Shown: positions 46,931 through 57,873, counted from the first letter of the stretch. The stretch is DNA of 64,000 nt from an uncultured Acidimicrobiales bacterium (GCA_943788915.1 CALSSD010000009.1:62001-126000); one strand, 5' to 3'. The notes: generated from the letters alone by a model not told the origin. Translations and numbers: made by a program.

Positions 46931-48565
46931 TCATGGTTCCTGCGGTGCATCCATCAGCTCGTAGCCCGGAAAGTTCTTCTCGAGCTCGGCGTAGCAGGTC
47001 TCGTTGTAGCGCTTGAAGCCGCCGCAGTACACCATGAAGAGTCGGGGTTTGCCCGGTATGTTCGCGCCGGAGTACCAGCTCTTTGTAGTGAGCGCGCCGG
47101 GTCGACGCTCCGCGTAGCGAAGGGTCTCCTCGCGCCAGTGGTCTTGCGACTCTGACAGCGGATGGAGGAGCGGGCGCCCATGCTGGTCGAGCCACTCGAT
47201 CGTGTCGAATATGAAGTCGACCTGTTGTTCAGCCAACGTCGCCATGTTCGAGAGTACAGAGGGCGACATAGCGCTCGACGGCAGGAAGAGGTTGGGGAAG
47301 CCATGGACCATGGTGCCGAGATAGTTAACGGGGCCGTCGACCCACGCATCTTTCATCGTTCTTCCATCGAGCCCTGCAATGTCGATGGCCAGGACCGGCC
47401 CCGAGATAGCGTCGAAGCCGGTGGCATAGACGATGAGATCCAGCGGTATTGTCTCGGCGGTCGTCGTGATCCCTTCGGGAACAACCCGCTCGATAGGTGT
47501 CTCTGGCAACGAGATGAGATGGACGTGCGACTGATTGAAGGCCTGCAGGTACGCGTCGCTCTGACACGGCCGCTTGCCGCCGTAGGGATGATCCCATGGC
47601 ACCAGATGATCCGCAGTCCACGCATCTTCCACCTGCTCAGACATCCGTTGGCGGATGAACTCCGAAATGGCGGCATTCGCTTCGGGTAGGTACGCGTCCC
47701 GGAAAGCCAGGGCGATGTACTTACCGTCCCATGCCTGCTGCAATGCCTTCTCGCGTCCCGCAGCATCGAGCTCCAGGAATCGTTCCTCGCCCATGCCCAT
47801 CGGCGTCTGGCCACCGTAGGTCTCTCGGAATGCCCGGCGGACTGCCTGCGGATCCGAGCGCAGCGCAGCCACCAGATTCGAGTCCATTGGCCCCGAGCTT
47901 GTCGGTGTGACGTAGTTAGCGGTGCGCTGGAACACGTAGACCTCGGCCGCGACCTTTGCGATCTCCGGTACCACTTGCACGCCGGAAGAGCCGGTGCCGA
48001 TCACGCCGACCCGCTTGCCACTCAGATCGACGCTGCCGTCCTTGGGCCAACTCGAGGTGAAATAGGCCTCGCCTGTGAAGGTATCTACTCCCTCGATGTC
48101 CGGCGCCTTGGGATCTGAAAGCGCTCCGATGGCAAGGACCACGTACCTGCAGACCACTGTTTCACCACCGGACGTCCGCACCGACCACAAGCCCGTATCT
48201 TCGGTGTAGGCCGCCGAGAGCACCTTCGTGTCAAAGGAGATGTCCTTGAGAACGTCGCAGCGTTCCGCCACGAATCGAAGATAACGCTGGATCTCTTCCT
48301 GGCCAGCGCACGCGTCCGACCATTCCCAGTCGCGCACGATGTCGTTGTCGAAGAAATACGCGTAGTTGTAGCTCTCGACATCACAACGCGCACCAGGGTA
48401 TGCATTCCAAAACCACGTTCCGCCGACGTCGGATGCGCGCTCGAAGCCCCTGACGTTGAGTCCGCGTTGTCGTGCTTGCCAAAGCGCATAGATGCCGGCA
48501 AATCCGGAACCGACGACGACCACGTCGCAGTCTGGTTGTGTCTTGGTGCTCTGACTCTCAGTCAT
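46931..48565 (-). CDS. Baeyer-Villiger-type flavin monooxygenase
   Basis: GSGFAG, GGTWFWNAYPGARCD, GTGSSG, FQRT and ATGF. The fingerprint reads FTGEAYFTSSWP. Confidence 0.9.
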   Translation of the reverse strand: MTESQSTKTQPDCDVVVVGSGFAGIYALWQARQRGLNVRGFERASDVGGTWFWNAYPGARCDVESYNYAYFFDNDIVRDWEWSDACAGQEEIQRYLRFVAERCDVLKDISFDTKVLSAAYTEDTGLWSVRTSGGETVVCRYVVLAIGALSDPKAPDIEGVDTFTGEAYFTSSWPKDGSVDLSGKRVGVIGTGSSGVQVVPEIAKVAAEVYVFQRTANYVTPTSSGPMDSNLVAALRSDPQAVRRAFRETYGGQTPMGMGEERFLELDAAGREKALQQAWDGKYIALAFRDAYLPEANAAISEFIRQRMSEQVEDAWTADHLVPWDHPYGGKRPCQSDAYLQAFNQSHVHLISLPETPIERVVPEGITTTAETIPLDLIVYATGFDAISGPVLAIDIAGLDGRTMKDAWVDGPVNYLGTMVHGFPNLFLPSSAMSPSVLSNMATLAEQQVDFIFDTIEWLDQHGRPLLHPLSESQDHWREETLRYAERRPGALTTKSWYSGANIPGKPRLFMVYCGGFKRYNETCYAELEKNFPGYELMDAPQEP

Positions 48566-48757
48566 ATCGTCTCTCACGAAATGTCTCGGCGATCGGGCGG
48601 GCCGGCGCCTTGGGGAAGGGAACTGTGCCGCCACCCAAACCCAAGGTCTATAGGGAAACGTTCCGTGGCTTCGCAGTGCAACAAGCCCCGGGGTGCGCCC
48701 CAGTCGCTGCACCGAACTCTCAGCGACTCGACCATGTCGGGACGGTAGGTTTACACC

Positions 48758-49658
48758 ATGACATCGGTACTCGAATCTGGATTCCGTGACGACCTGACCG
48801 AAGCCCATCGTGCCACGATCGCCGCAGTTGGACGGGCTGGCGCCTGGTGGTCTGGACCCCAACGATTTGCGCATCGCTTCCGAAGTTCGCCGCGCCTTCG
48901 AGCATGCCGACGTACCGCCATGGCAGGCTCCTTCGAGCATCGACGGCATGATCAGCGAGGACCATGTCCTTCCGGCCGCTGCCGTCGATGCCATCTGGCG
49001 AATCACCAATCATCCAGGCACGCTGACCGCCGACTGGTACGCCGGCATCGTCGCGCAGCTACCAACACCCGAGCACTACATCGAGCTGGTAAGCGTGGTC
49101 GCGCCTATGAATGCAGTCGATCGATTCGCTGCGTACCTAAACCTCGAACCGATGCCGCTTCCAGATCCGTCCGGCGATCCCCCGTCAAACGAAACAGTGT
49201 CGAACAATGTCACGAGCCATTGGGTCCCGACCGCTGACATCAACGGGCCAAACGTCAGAAAGGCCCTCACCGGTTCGGCCGGAGCAACCGAGGTCTACTC
49301 GGCACTCTCCGAGGCCCAGTACGTGGCGGGCGATGCCCTACTCGGCGACCTCGACTGGACACGCGGCACACTGGACCGACGCCAAATCGAGCTCATCGCC
49401 GCCAAGACTTCGATGCTGAATGACTGCTTCTATTGAACGACGTCTCACGCAACACTGCTCGGTCTGAGCGGTCTCAACGTCGATGCCCAAATCAACCCCA
49501 GCCTCCTCGACGACGCTGTCGCCGTTGTCGCAAACTTCCACATGATGACCCGCATCGCCGATGCCACCGGCACGCCCCTCGACCCCGGTACTGCTGGCAT
49601 GTCAGGCGAACTCCGAAACGACCTCGGTCTCGATGCCTTGACCTCGGCTCGGCTCTAA
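48758..49658 (+). CDS. AhpD/alkylhydroperoxidase-related selenoprotein (Sec at TGA 49434-49436; 1-nt indel near 48867)
   Basis: LDRRQIELIAAKTSMLNDCFY-U-TTSHATLL (CxxU...H). The frame stays open 73 more codons, including DAVAVVANF.MMTRIADATG. The N-terminal GAWWSG segment is in another frame. Confidence 0.8.
49438..49482 (+). promoter_or_regulatory. Putative SECIS for the AhpD-like gene
   Basis: Upper stem ACUGCUC-GGUCU-GAGCGGU (49454-49472) and lower stem CGACGU/ACGUCG. Confidence 0.65.
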
Positions 49659-49947
49659 CCTTCCTGCTGGGTGTGCAATGGCACGTGCAGCGTAGATTGA
49701 GCTGTCGGCGTCACTTCCATCGCCGAACAGGCAACAGATCTTGTCAGCGCCGGGCTGCAAACGATTAGCAACAGTCACCTTCCGCCCTCGGTGGTTTGTG
49801 TGCCGCACGGGCAACAATGCGATTGAGAGCACAGTCTCCGTTCTGACCTATGGGACTTTTTGACCATTCTTGCCCACTCTCAGCGCCTGCTAGGTGCACA
49901 CCGGGCGCGTAGTGGAGATCGCTGGGCCCTGCCCATCAGTTCTGAGG

Positions 49948-52804
49948 ATGCCAATGTCACGATCAGCTCTGCGCCGACTCACGTCAACGCCGAGCCGTTT
50001 GATGTGTGCGGTAGCGATCACGGCCCTCATTCCCCTGCTTGGCGTCGCTGCACTCACGATCACCCATCAGCGGGACGCTGCAGTCGAATCCGCATTCGAG
50101 CGTCTCGATGGCATCGCAAACGCTCAAGTCGGCCAACTCGATCGACTGATTACATCCGATATCGAGATCTCTGAGCTGCGCACTTCGAACCAGATATTGC
50201 GCACGGCATTATCGTCGATTGGTGAAACCCCGAACATCGATAGCGAGACGCTCGTCACGACACTCGCGAGCTTGATGCAATCGAGCGATCGACTCGTCAA
50301 CATCAGTCTCCATCAGACGAATGGCGAACTGTTGGCGTCCGTTGACGAAGGTGCTCCCGATCGTTACCGAGCAGAGGGACTCGGACCACCACAGCAAGAC
50401 CAGTCCAGCCTCATGCTCGTCGGGGCTAACGGCCAACCAAGTGCGTACTCGACCCGCCCGGTAATCATCGACGGCCAGATCGCCGGCTGGATCAGCATCG
50501 AAACCGACAGCTCACCAATTGCCGACATGGTGAACGATTACAGCGGCCTCAGCCTTACCGGCGAAACCAGCATTGCTCGCCAGACCGAAGAAGGTGCCCT
50601 GATGATCCCGCCTATGCGGTTCAAAGATAACGCCGCACTCGAAGTGATGATTCCTGCATCAAACGCGATGGCACTGATCATCCTTGCCGTCAACGGCGTC
50701 GAGGGAAGGTTCGAAAACACCGTCGACTATCGCCAGCAAGAAGTCCTGGCTGTCAACCGTTACCTCCCAAGCGCCGACTGGGGTGTCGTCGTCAAAATGG
50801 ACCGAAGCGAGGCACTGCTCGGCGTCAGCACGTTCACTTCCACCGTGTTGGTGTCCCTCCTGGTCGCTATGACGCTGGTTCTTATCCTGTCACTCGCCAT
50901 CATCAGGTCGATCTGGACACCGGTACGGGAGGTCATAGCCTCAGCGCGAGCAGTGAGCGGCGGCGACCGAAATGAAGCACACAGGCCTACAGCGGCGAGC
51001 TCGAGCGGCTCGCAGTCGAGGTTGATTCGATGACTGACGACCTTGTCGAAGCGGCCGCCAGCGACGAACACAAACGAGCCGAAGTTGAGGCGCTCAATCG
51101 CCTGATCGAGACAGAGCGCGACCGGGCGAATGCGGTCTTCGATCATGCCGTCGCCAGAATTCTGGTTGTCGCACCTAACGGCAGCATTTCTCGGATGAAC
51201 CCGTCGGCCAAGGAAATCTTTGATCTCGCAGGCGCATCGGTGAGCGGTCATATGGCTTCTGATCTGCGTTCAAGCCCCGATGCACAGGCCCATGAGTTGC
51301 TCGAACTTGCTGCCTCAGCAGGAGCAGCCGGCGTCGAAATGGTTGCTCGCCGAAGTGACGGCGTCACGCTGCCCGTGCATGTCACCGCTCTCGCTACGGC
51401 GACGATGGCCACGTCAGCCACACGGTCTTGGTCCGAGACATCTCTGAGCGGGCGGCGTTCGAACAACAGTTGCACTATCAGGCAACCCATGATGCGCTTA
51501 CCGGACTGCCGAATCGGGACCATGCACGGAACCACCTCAGACTGCTGCTGGAGTCAAACGATGCTGACCCGCGGCCGATTAGCGTCTTGTTCGTCGACCT
51601 CGATCCATTCAAGGTTGTGAACGATTCCCGGGGCCACCAGGTCGGCGACGAGTTGTTGCGCGATGTTGGCCGACGATTGCGCTCGGCGATTGACGATGGA
51701 GCCTTGTGCGCCCGTTTCGGCGGCGACGAATTCATTGTCGTGCACGACCCGTCCGCGTCCTCCCTCCGTCTCGGTGAACTTGCAGCAGCCATCCATCGAA
51801 CGCTCGCGCAACCTTTCACGGTTTTTGACCAGCGAGTGGACGTGAGTTGCAGCATCGGCATTGCTTCGAGCCATCTCCTGGTCGACACGGATGAATTGAT
51901 TTCGAACGCTGACGTCGCTATGTACCGATCGAAATCTCAGGGCCGGAGTTACACAACGTTCTATAGCCCAGCGATGCGCATCGGCCTCGAAGAACGAGAG
52001 GCTCTCGAGTGTTCGCTTCGGTCTGCGATCGAACAACGCTCGGTCGATGTGCACTTCCAGCCAATAATTGAGCTTGCGACCGGTTCCATCCGCTCGGTCG
52101 AAACACTGGCGCGTTGGAATCTGGCTGGCAAGGGTCCGGTCAGGCCCAGCGAGTTCATTCTGGTAGCTGAGGAGACTGGCCTCATCGTGCCACTTGGCCG
52201 GCTCATCTTCGAAATGGTGAGTCGACAACAGGTTCGTTGGCAGAGCGCACATCCCGACAGCGAACTCCGGTTTAGCGTCAACGTGTCTGCACGGGAACTC
52301 GCGCACTCTGACTGGCTCTCCGGAATCAAACGTATCCTTGAGGAGACAGGCGCCGAGGCATCTGGGTTTACGTTCGAATTAACCGAGACGGCTCTGAGCT
52401 CGAACATCAGTCTGGCTTCGCTGCGGCTGCAACAGCTGCGGGATCTTGGCGCCGAGATCGCCCTCGACGATTTCGAAACGGGCTACTGCTCGCTTACCTA
52501 CCTGCGCGAAATGCCTATCGACACGGTCAAAATCGACCACTCGTTCATGGGTGAACTGGACACCGAGGATCTTGACAACAACATCATCGCCTTGGTGATC
52601 GCCCTTGGGCGCAGCCTCGACATCACCGTCGTTGCTGAGGGGGTCGAGACCGAGGCGCAACTTGCTATGTTGCGCTCCATGGGTTGCGACCAGGCCCAAG
52701 GTTTCCTCTTCGCTCTGCCCCAGAATGCAGCTGCGATCGAGCAACTCCTGTGGCCAGAGTTCGACGAGTCGACAATTGGCAAACTCTTAGGCGACCAAAG
52801 TTGA
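49948..52804 (+). CDS. Membrane Cache-like/HAMP/PAS/GGDEF/EAL c-di-GMP enzyme, split by two frameshifts (~50980, ~51390)
   Basis: Two TM segments, HDALTGLPNR, FGGDEF, FQPI, ETLARW, FELTE, DDFETGY and AEGVET. Confidence 0.8.
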
Positions 52805-52928
52805 GCAATCGCACGAGCGGACTTTACAACCGGCGAACCTGACTCCACAGCTTCCCTGTTCTCGAAATGGCAGGACGACCTGCTCGCGACCCAGGCTGAC
52901 ATCAAGACCCACCGATAAGATTCTGGAC

Positions 52929-53165
52929 ATGCGCCTGCTTGTTCGGAATATGTCACGTCAGACCACGGAGAAGGACCTGCGGGACTTATTCGAACCGTTT
53001 GGTCCGGTGCAGTCGTGTGTGGTCGTGAATGACGACGAGACTGGGTTGTCAAAGGGGTTCGGCTTCATCGAAATGCCTAAACCCGGCGATGCTAAAGCGG
53101 CAATGCTGCAACTAAACGGTCGCGAGTTAGACGGCGAAACGATTCGAGTGAAGCGGTCCAAATAA
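52929..53165 (+). CDS. RRM-domain RNA-binding protein
   Basis: RNP1 KGFGFIEM and LNGRELDG. Confidence 0.9.
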   Translation: MRLLVRNMSRQTTEKDLRDLFEPFGPVQSCVVVNDDETGLSKGFGFIEMPKPGDAKAAMLQLNGRELDGETIRVKRSK

Positions 53166-53223
53166 CGCGTTGCTGCTCGTTACATCGGACTGCTCAGAAG
53201 CCCGGTTGGGTGCACTGCTGTAG

Positions 53224-53297
53224 TCGGGCTGAAAGGATTTGAACCTTCGACCTTCCGACCCCCAGCCGGACGCGCTACCAAACTGCGCCACAGCCCG
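53224..53297 (-). tRNA. tRNA-Pro(GGG), CCA not encoded
   Basis: CGGGCTGTGGCGCAGTTTGGTAGCGCGTCCGGCT-GGG-GGTCGGAAGGTCGAAGGTTCAAATCCTTTCAGCCCGA forms a full cloverleaf. Confidence 0.95.
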
Positions 53298-53409
53298 TGT
53301 GACAGCCACCAGACTACCGGCCTGGCCCAGACGTACCGCCCTGATTCCAAGAATCTTGGGGTGGTTTATGGCTGCGGTACCGCCATAACGCGCGGTGAGA
53401 AACCCGGTC

Positions 53410-53733
53410 TCAGAAGAGGGATTGCAGGCCTTGGAAGACACGCCATCCCAGGTAAAGGGCGGTCGCAGCGACCATGACCCAGAAGTGCCACGGAATCTTG
53501 GGAGCGTCCTGCGCTTTTGCGGAAGCGGCAACAGCTCCGGCGTTTTCATCGAGTTGAGTACCGCATCGAGGACAGCTGCCATTGGCCAGCAGCGCGTTTG
53601 GTTTACGCCATTTGTTACACGGTTCGCAGAACGCGCCAGGAAACGATTGGGTTTGTTCAATCACAGGCATCTCAGCGTCTGACGTCTCAGCGTTTGACGT
53701 CTCATGGTCTGGGATCTCATTGTCTGGAATCAC
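53410..53733 (-). CDS. Small Zn-ribbon + TM protein
   Basis: CEPC...CPRCG and a C-terminal hydrophobic helix after KIPWHFW. The N-terminus has short 15-bp repeats, so the start is uncertain. Confidence 0.7.
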   Translation of the reverse strand: MIPDNEIPDHETSNAETSDAEMPVIEQTQSFPGAFCEPCNKWRKPNALLANGSCPRCGTQLDENAGAVAASAKAQDAPKIPWHFWVMVAATALYLGWRVFQGLQSLF

Positions 53734-53743
53734 GGTGACTCGC

Positions 53744-54841
53744 TCAGATTCGCTTCACGGCCAAAATTGCCACGTCGTCTTCGACTGGACCCTCGGCGAA
53801 GTTGCGGGCCGCTTCGAGGAGCGACTTACACAATACGTCGGGCGCCACTGTGGGGTCACGGCGTAACAATGCGGCAATGCGGTCTTCGCCGAAGAGTTCG
53901 TCGCCCCGGCGGGCTTCAGCCAGACCATCGGTGTACAACACGACCATGTCGCCCATAGCCAGCTCGATCTCTCGACTGTAGTAACTCGAGCCTGGTGCCA
54001 GCATGAGCAACGGCCCGGTTGAACGCAACGGCTGAACCTCGCGTTCGTGCCACACCCAGGCGGCAGGGTGACCTGCCGAGGAGAAACGCAGCGTTCCGGC
54101 GTCGGTGTCAAAGACAACCACAACCAGCGAGATGAACTCTTCGCTATGGCCTGTCTGGCTCATCTGTTCGTTGAGCTCTTCGAGCGCTTGCGCCGGGTCA
54201 CGGAACTGGCGAAGGAACACTCGCAACAGGTACTTGGCCTGGAACGCCGTGATTGATGACTCGATGCCCTTGCCGGCAACATCGCCGATGACTGCGGCGA
54301 CTCTGTTGCGGTCGACCCGGAACACATCGAAGAAGTCGCCAGCCATCAGACCTGAACCGGCTTGGTAGACGCGGCCGACCTCGAAGTCGGTCAGGTCAGG
54401 CAATTCATCGGGTGCAAGACGTGCTGCCCATGCCTTAGGAGCCAGATTCTCTTGCTCGAGTGCTTCTTCAGCCCGTTTCTCGATACTGAGCTGCTGGCGA
54501 AGCATGGCGATTTCGTTGCCAGTTGTGCGCCACCACGACACGCTGACGATTGCTGGCAGAACAATCGCGAGTCCAAGCAAACGAGCCGAGTCGATGGTGT
54601 TACTCGCGGCAAGCACACCCAGACCGATGGCCAGGATGGCGTAGACCGCAACCGTGTGCATCTCCTTACGGAAACCAATACGAGCAAGTTGCAGCGCAAT
54701 AAAGGAGTTGGAGCTGTCAGCCGCAGCCTTGACATCTTCTTCGAGCTTGTCAATAAGCCCGGAACGCATGCGCGCCGACCTAGCCCACACAAGGGCGGCA
54801 ACTGCACAGGCAGCAGCTGCGATGGCCAAGACGATGTTCAT
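53744..54841 (-). CDS. Membrane PP2C/SpoIIE-family Ser/Thr phosphatase
   Basis: AGDFFD, IGDVAGKG, SAGHP, YTDGLAE and EDDVAIL. Confidence 0.9.
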   Translation of the reverse strand: MNIVLAIAAAACAVAALVWARSARMRSGLIDKLEEDVKAAADSSNSFIALQLARIGFRKEMHTVAVYAILAIGLGVLAASNTIDSARLLGLAIVLPAIVSVSWWRTTGNEIAMLRQQLSIEKRAEEALEQENLAPKAWAARLAPDELPDLTDFEVGRVYQAGSGLMAGDFFDVFRVDRNRVAAVIGDVAGKGIESSITAFQAKYLLRVFLRQFRDPAQALEELNEQMSQTGHSEEFISLVVVVFDTDAGTLRFSSAGHPAAWVWHEREVQPLRSTGPLLMLAPGSSYYSREIELAMGDMVVLYTDGLAEARRGDELFGEDRIAALLRRDPTVAPDVLCKSLLEAARNFAEGPVEDDVAILAVKRI

Positions 54842-54979
54842 GCGATTCTCAGCGTACTCGTCAAAGTGCCGCCAGTTCTGCTGCCTGCAGACTTTCGGCC
54901 TTGGAGTGACGTGTGCACGACACAATCACCCGCAATGCTTGGGCTGCGATCCACAATGCCAGGGTTGCGCAACGCCTGA

Positions 54980-56359
54980 TCATTCGTCGCGACGACGCAC
55001 CCGGATCTTGATCGGCGTGGCACCCAGATCAAAGGATTCGCGAAGCGAACGCTCAAGATAACGAAGATAGGTAGCTGGCAGCGTCTTGTTGGCAAAAAGC
55101 ACGAAGGTAGGAGGATCGACCGCACCCTGGGTTGCGTACAACACACGGCCACCAGCCGGGGCAGGCTGGGCCTGTTGTGCTGCTCGCATGACCTGGTTGA
55201 CTTCACGAGTCGGAATTCGGCGGTGATAGTCGCTGATGGTCTCCTGCAACACCGGCAACAGCCGATGCACCCCCCTACCCGTCAGTGCGCTCATTTTAAG
55301 CATCGGCGAATTACCCATGAAGTGCAGCTTGCGTTCGACAGCCGTGTCCATGGCTTCGCGGCCGTCGGCGTCGAGCATCTCCCACTTGTTCAGAATCACC
55401 ACGATCGGGCAGCCAGCGCCGTCGATACGTTCAGCGAGCCTCTGATCCTGGTGGGTAACACCCATAGTGGCGTCGATCACGAGCAGCGCAACGTCGGATT
55501 TGTCGATTGAATTCAGCGCCCGAACCATCGAGTAATACTCGGTGTCTTCGTCGATCCGGGACTTGCGGCGCATGCCTGCGGTGTCGACGAAACGGATGTC
55601 GCCTTTGTCGGTTGAGACCACAGTGTCGATGCTGTCTCGGGTCGTGCCTGGCATATCGTGCACCACGGCACGATCCTCGCCCACCAGCCGGTTGAACAAC
55701 GTTGACTTACCCACGTTTGGTCGGCCCACGATAGAGACCGACAGATACGCAGCGTCGGGATCGGTGATGACCGCAGCGGACATCTTGTCCATCTCATCGT
55801 CGTCGACCGGCGGCAGCAATTTGATGACTTCGTCAAGCACGTCGGCCACACCGTCGCCATGCATGGCGCTGATTGGATGAGGCTCACCGATACCAAGCGA
55901 CATGAGCTCCCACATTTGGGGCTTCAACCCAGAGTGATCAACCTTGTTAGCTAGAAGCAGGGTTGGGCCCTTCCGACGGCGAATAAGATCAGCGACCTGG
56001 GCGTCTTCTGCACTGACGCCGGCAGTGACATCGACCACGAACAACACGAGGTCGGCCTCGGCCACGGCCTGCTCGCTCTGCAGCGTGACCTTCTTGTCGA
56101 GATCGTCGTTGTTCTGGATCCAACCGCCCGTGTCGACCACAGTGAAGAACCGACCGAGCCAGTCGGTCACGATCTCTTTGCGGTCACGGGTGACACCCGG
56201 CTTCTCTTCGACGATGGCAATACGTTTGCCAACGATCCGGTTCATCAGCGTGGACTTGCCCACGTTGGGACGTCCGATGATGGCGACCGTCGGCAGGTCG
56301 CCGGCCGGGATCATGTCGGGAGTGATTTCTTCGTAGTCGTCGCCGATGTATTCGCTCAT
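54980..56359 (-). CDS. der: Ribosome biogenesis GTPase Der (EngA)
   Basis: Two GRPNVGKST P-loops, DTGG/DTAG, NKVD/NKWE and a KH-like C-terminus. Confidence 0.97.
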   Translation of the reverse strand: MSEYIGDDYEEITPDMIPAGDLPTVAIIGRPNVGKSTLMNRIVGKRIAIVEEKPGVTRDRKEIVTDWLGRFFTVVDTGGWIQNNDDLDKKVTLQSEQAVAEADLVLFVVDVTAGVSAEDAQVADLIRRRKGPTLLLANKVDHSGLKPQMWELMSLGIGEPHPISAMHGDGVADVLDEVIKLLPPVDDDEMDKMSAAVITDPDAAYLSVSIVGRPNVGKSTLFNRLVGEDRAVVHDMPGTTRDSIDTVVSTDKGDIRFVDTAGMRRKSRIDEDTEYYSMVRALNSIDKSDVALLVIDATMGVTHQDQRLAERIDGAGCPIVVILNKWEMLDADGREAMDTAVERKLHFMGNSPMLKMSALTGRGVHRLLPVLQETISDYHRRIPTREVNQVMRAAQQAQPAPAGGRVLYATQGAVDPPTFVLFANKTLPATYLRYLERSLRESFDLGATPIKIRVRRRDE

Positions 56360-57744
56360 GCGCCGATCGCTTTCCGTAGGGAGATGCCGTCGGTCGAAAT
56401 AACTTCGACCAGCCGGGGTAGATCGTCGACCGTCAGACCGTCGAGGAAGCGCCCATTCGATAGGCACACATCAGGTAGAAGATACCGGTCACCTTCAGGT
56501 TCGCCTGCCAGCACCCGTTGAAGATCTGCACCGACCATCAGGCCGGTCACGCCAACGTTTCCACCGAAGAAGTCATTCTCGACGGGGATAACACGTGTTG
56601 GGGCTTGCGGTTTGGCGTCGGCGATCAGCGGTTCGAGCACCTGTGCACCGAGTGTTCCAGTCAGCACGCCGATCGGGCGATCCTTCTTCGGGCGACTGCT
56701 CAGCGTGACTGCAGTGGCGGCGATAGGGCCGGTGGCCGTGTCGGTTCGCTCGGCTCGGTACCCCTCGGCAGGAGCACCTTCGACCCAAGCAAAGAAACCG
56801 CTCGCCGTGTTTGTTGCATCGTCGACCTCGCCCCGGAATTCACGGGCAAAGGTGACGGCCATGCCGATGCCGTCTTCGTGCAGGTCAACGTCGTCGTAGG
56901 AATCGGCGCCAGGGAACGGAAGCTCGGCCCGGAGGTAATACTCGTCGGCGGCAAAAACCATGCGATGGCCGAGCACATCGTTGAAGATGCCTTGCCAGCG
57001 CTCGACGATCTCTACAACTTCGCGTGCTTCGGCAACGGTGTGCGGCCGCATGTGATCGACCGGCGAGAACTTGCTGACGCCAAGGGGTACGACGGCAATG
57101 CTGGCGAGTTGTTCGTAACGATCGAGCACACCTGCCAGGGTCTGTTCGAGCACCTGGCCGTTGTTGACCTCTGGGCAACACACGATTTGGCCGTGCACTT
57201 CGATGTCAGCTTCGAGGATCGCTTCGAGCCATCGCAGGCTCATGGCACCACGCTTGTTACGCAGCATGTGGGTGCGCACATCGGGGTCCGTGGCATGGAT
57301 ACTGACGTAGAGCGGCGACAGGCGTTCCGTGATGACACGCTCAAGGTCGGCTTCGGTAAAACGAGTCAGCGTGGTGAAGTTGCCGTAGAGAAACGAGAGT
57401 CGGTAGTCATCGTCCTTGAGATACAACGTGCGGCGCATGCCCTTGGGCAGTTGGTAAATAAAACAAAAATCGCAGTGGTTGTCGCACGTACGGACCCGGT
57501 CAAACAGAGCCGCATCGACGTCGATGCCGAGCGGCTGACCGGCTCGTTTCTCGACTTCGATGGTCACGGTGAGACCGCCACGATCGATTTCAAGTTCGAG
57601 GTCGGGCTCATCGACCAGGCGCTGCCACTCAATCACGTCGCGTGGGTACTGGCCATTGAGCGCCACCACGGTGTCACCAATAGCCACACCGGCGATATCT
57701 GCCGGGGAACCTTCTTCGAGGTCAACCACGACCGGCGCACTCAT
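56356..57744 (-). CDS. DUF512 / PDZ-radical-SAM-like Fe-S protein
   Basis: CDNHCDFCFIYQLPKGMR.TLY.KDDDYRLSFLYGNF and ADEYY. Confidence 0.9.
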   Translation of the reverse strand: MSAPVVVDLEEGSPADIAGVAIGDTVVALNGQYPRDVIEWQRLVDEPDLELEIDRGGLTVTIEVEKRAGQPLGIDVDAALFDRVRTCDNHCDFCFIYQLPKGMRRTLYLKDDDYRLSFLYGNFTTLTRFTEADLERVITERLSPLYVSIHATDPDVRTHMLRNKRGAMSLRWLEAILEADIEVHGQIVCCPEVNNGQVLEQTLAGVLDRYEQLASIAVVPLGVSKFSPVDHMRPHTVAEAREVVEIVERWQGIFNDVLGHRMVFAADEYYLRAELPFPGADSYDDVDLHEDGIGMAVTFAREFRGEVDDATNTASGFFAWVEGAPAEGYRAERTDTATGPIAATAVTLSSRPKKDRPIGVLTGTLGAQVLEPLIADAKPQAPTRVIPVENDFFGGNVGVTGLMVGADLQRVLAGEPEGDRYLLPDVCLSNGRFLDGLTVDDLPRLVEVISTDGISLRKAIGA

Positions 57745-57873
57745 AGGGCATTCAGTCTAGGCGGCGCCCGTCAATGCACTCCGTGCCATCGGTTACGCCG
57801 TCGACTACCACAGTGCTGAGCGGCGTGATCTCCCCACGGAACATCGCATCTCGGTGTTTGGCAGACTGTGGTC

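Noticed and set aside
48566..49009. N-terminal extension of the 692-aa BVMO ORF
   Set aside because: It overlaps the divergent AhpD-like gene. BVMO similarity starts at MTESQ (48565).
49661..49700. FLLGVQWHVQ resembling the peptidase C26 GVQWHPE motif
   Set aside because: The match is only about 10 codons with no supporting flanking similarity. It could be a remnant but cannot be supported.
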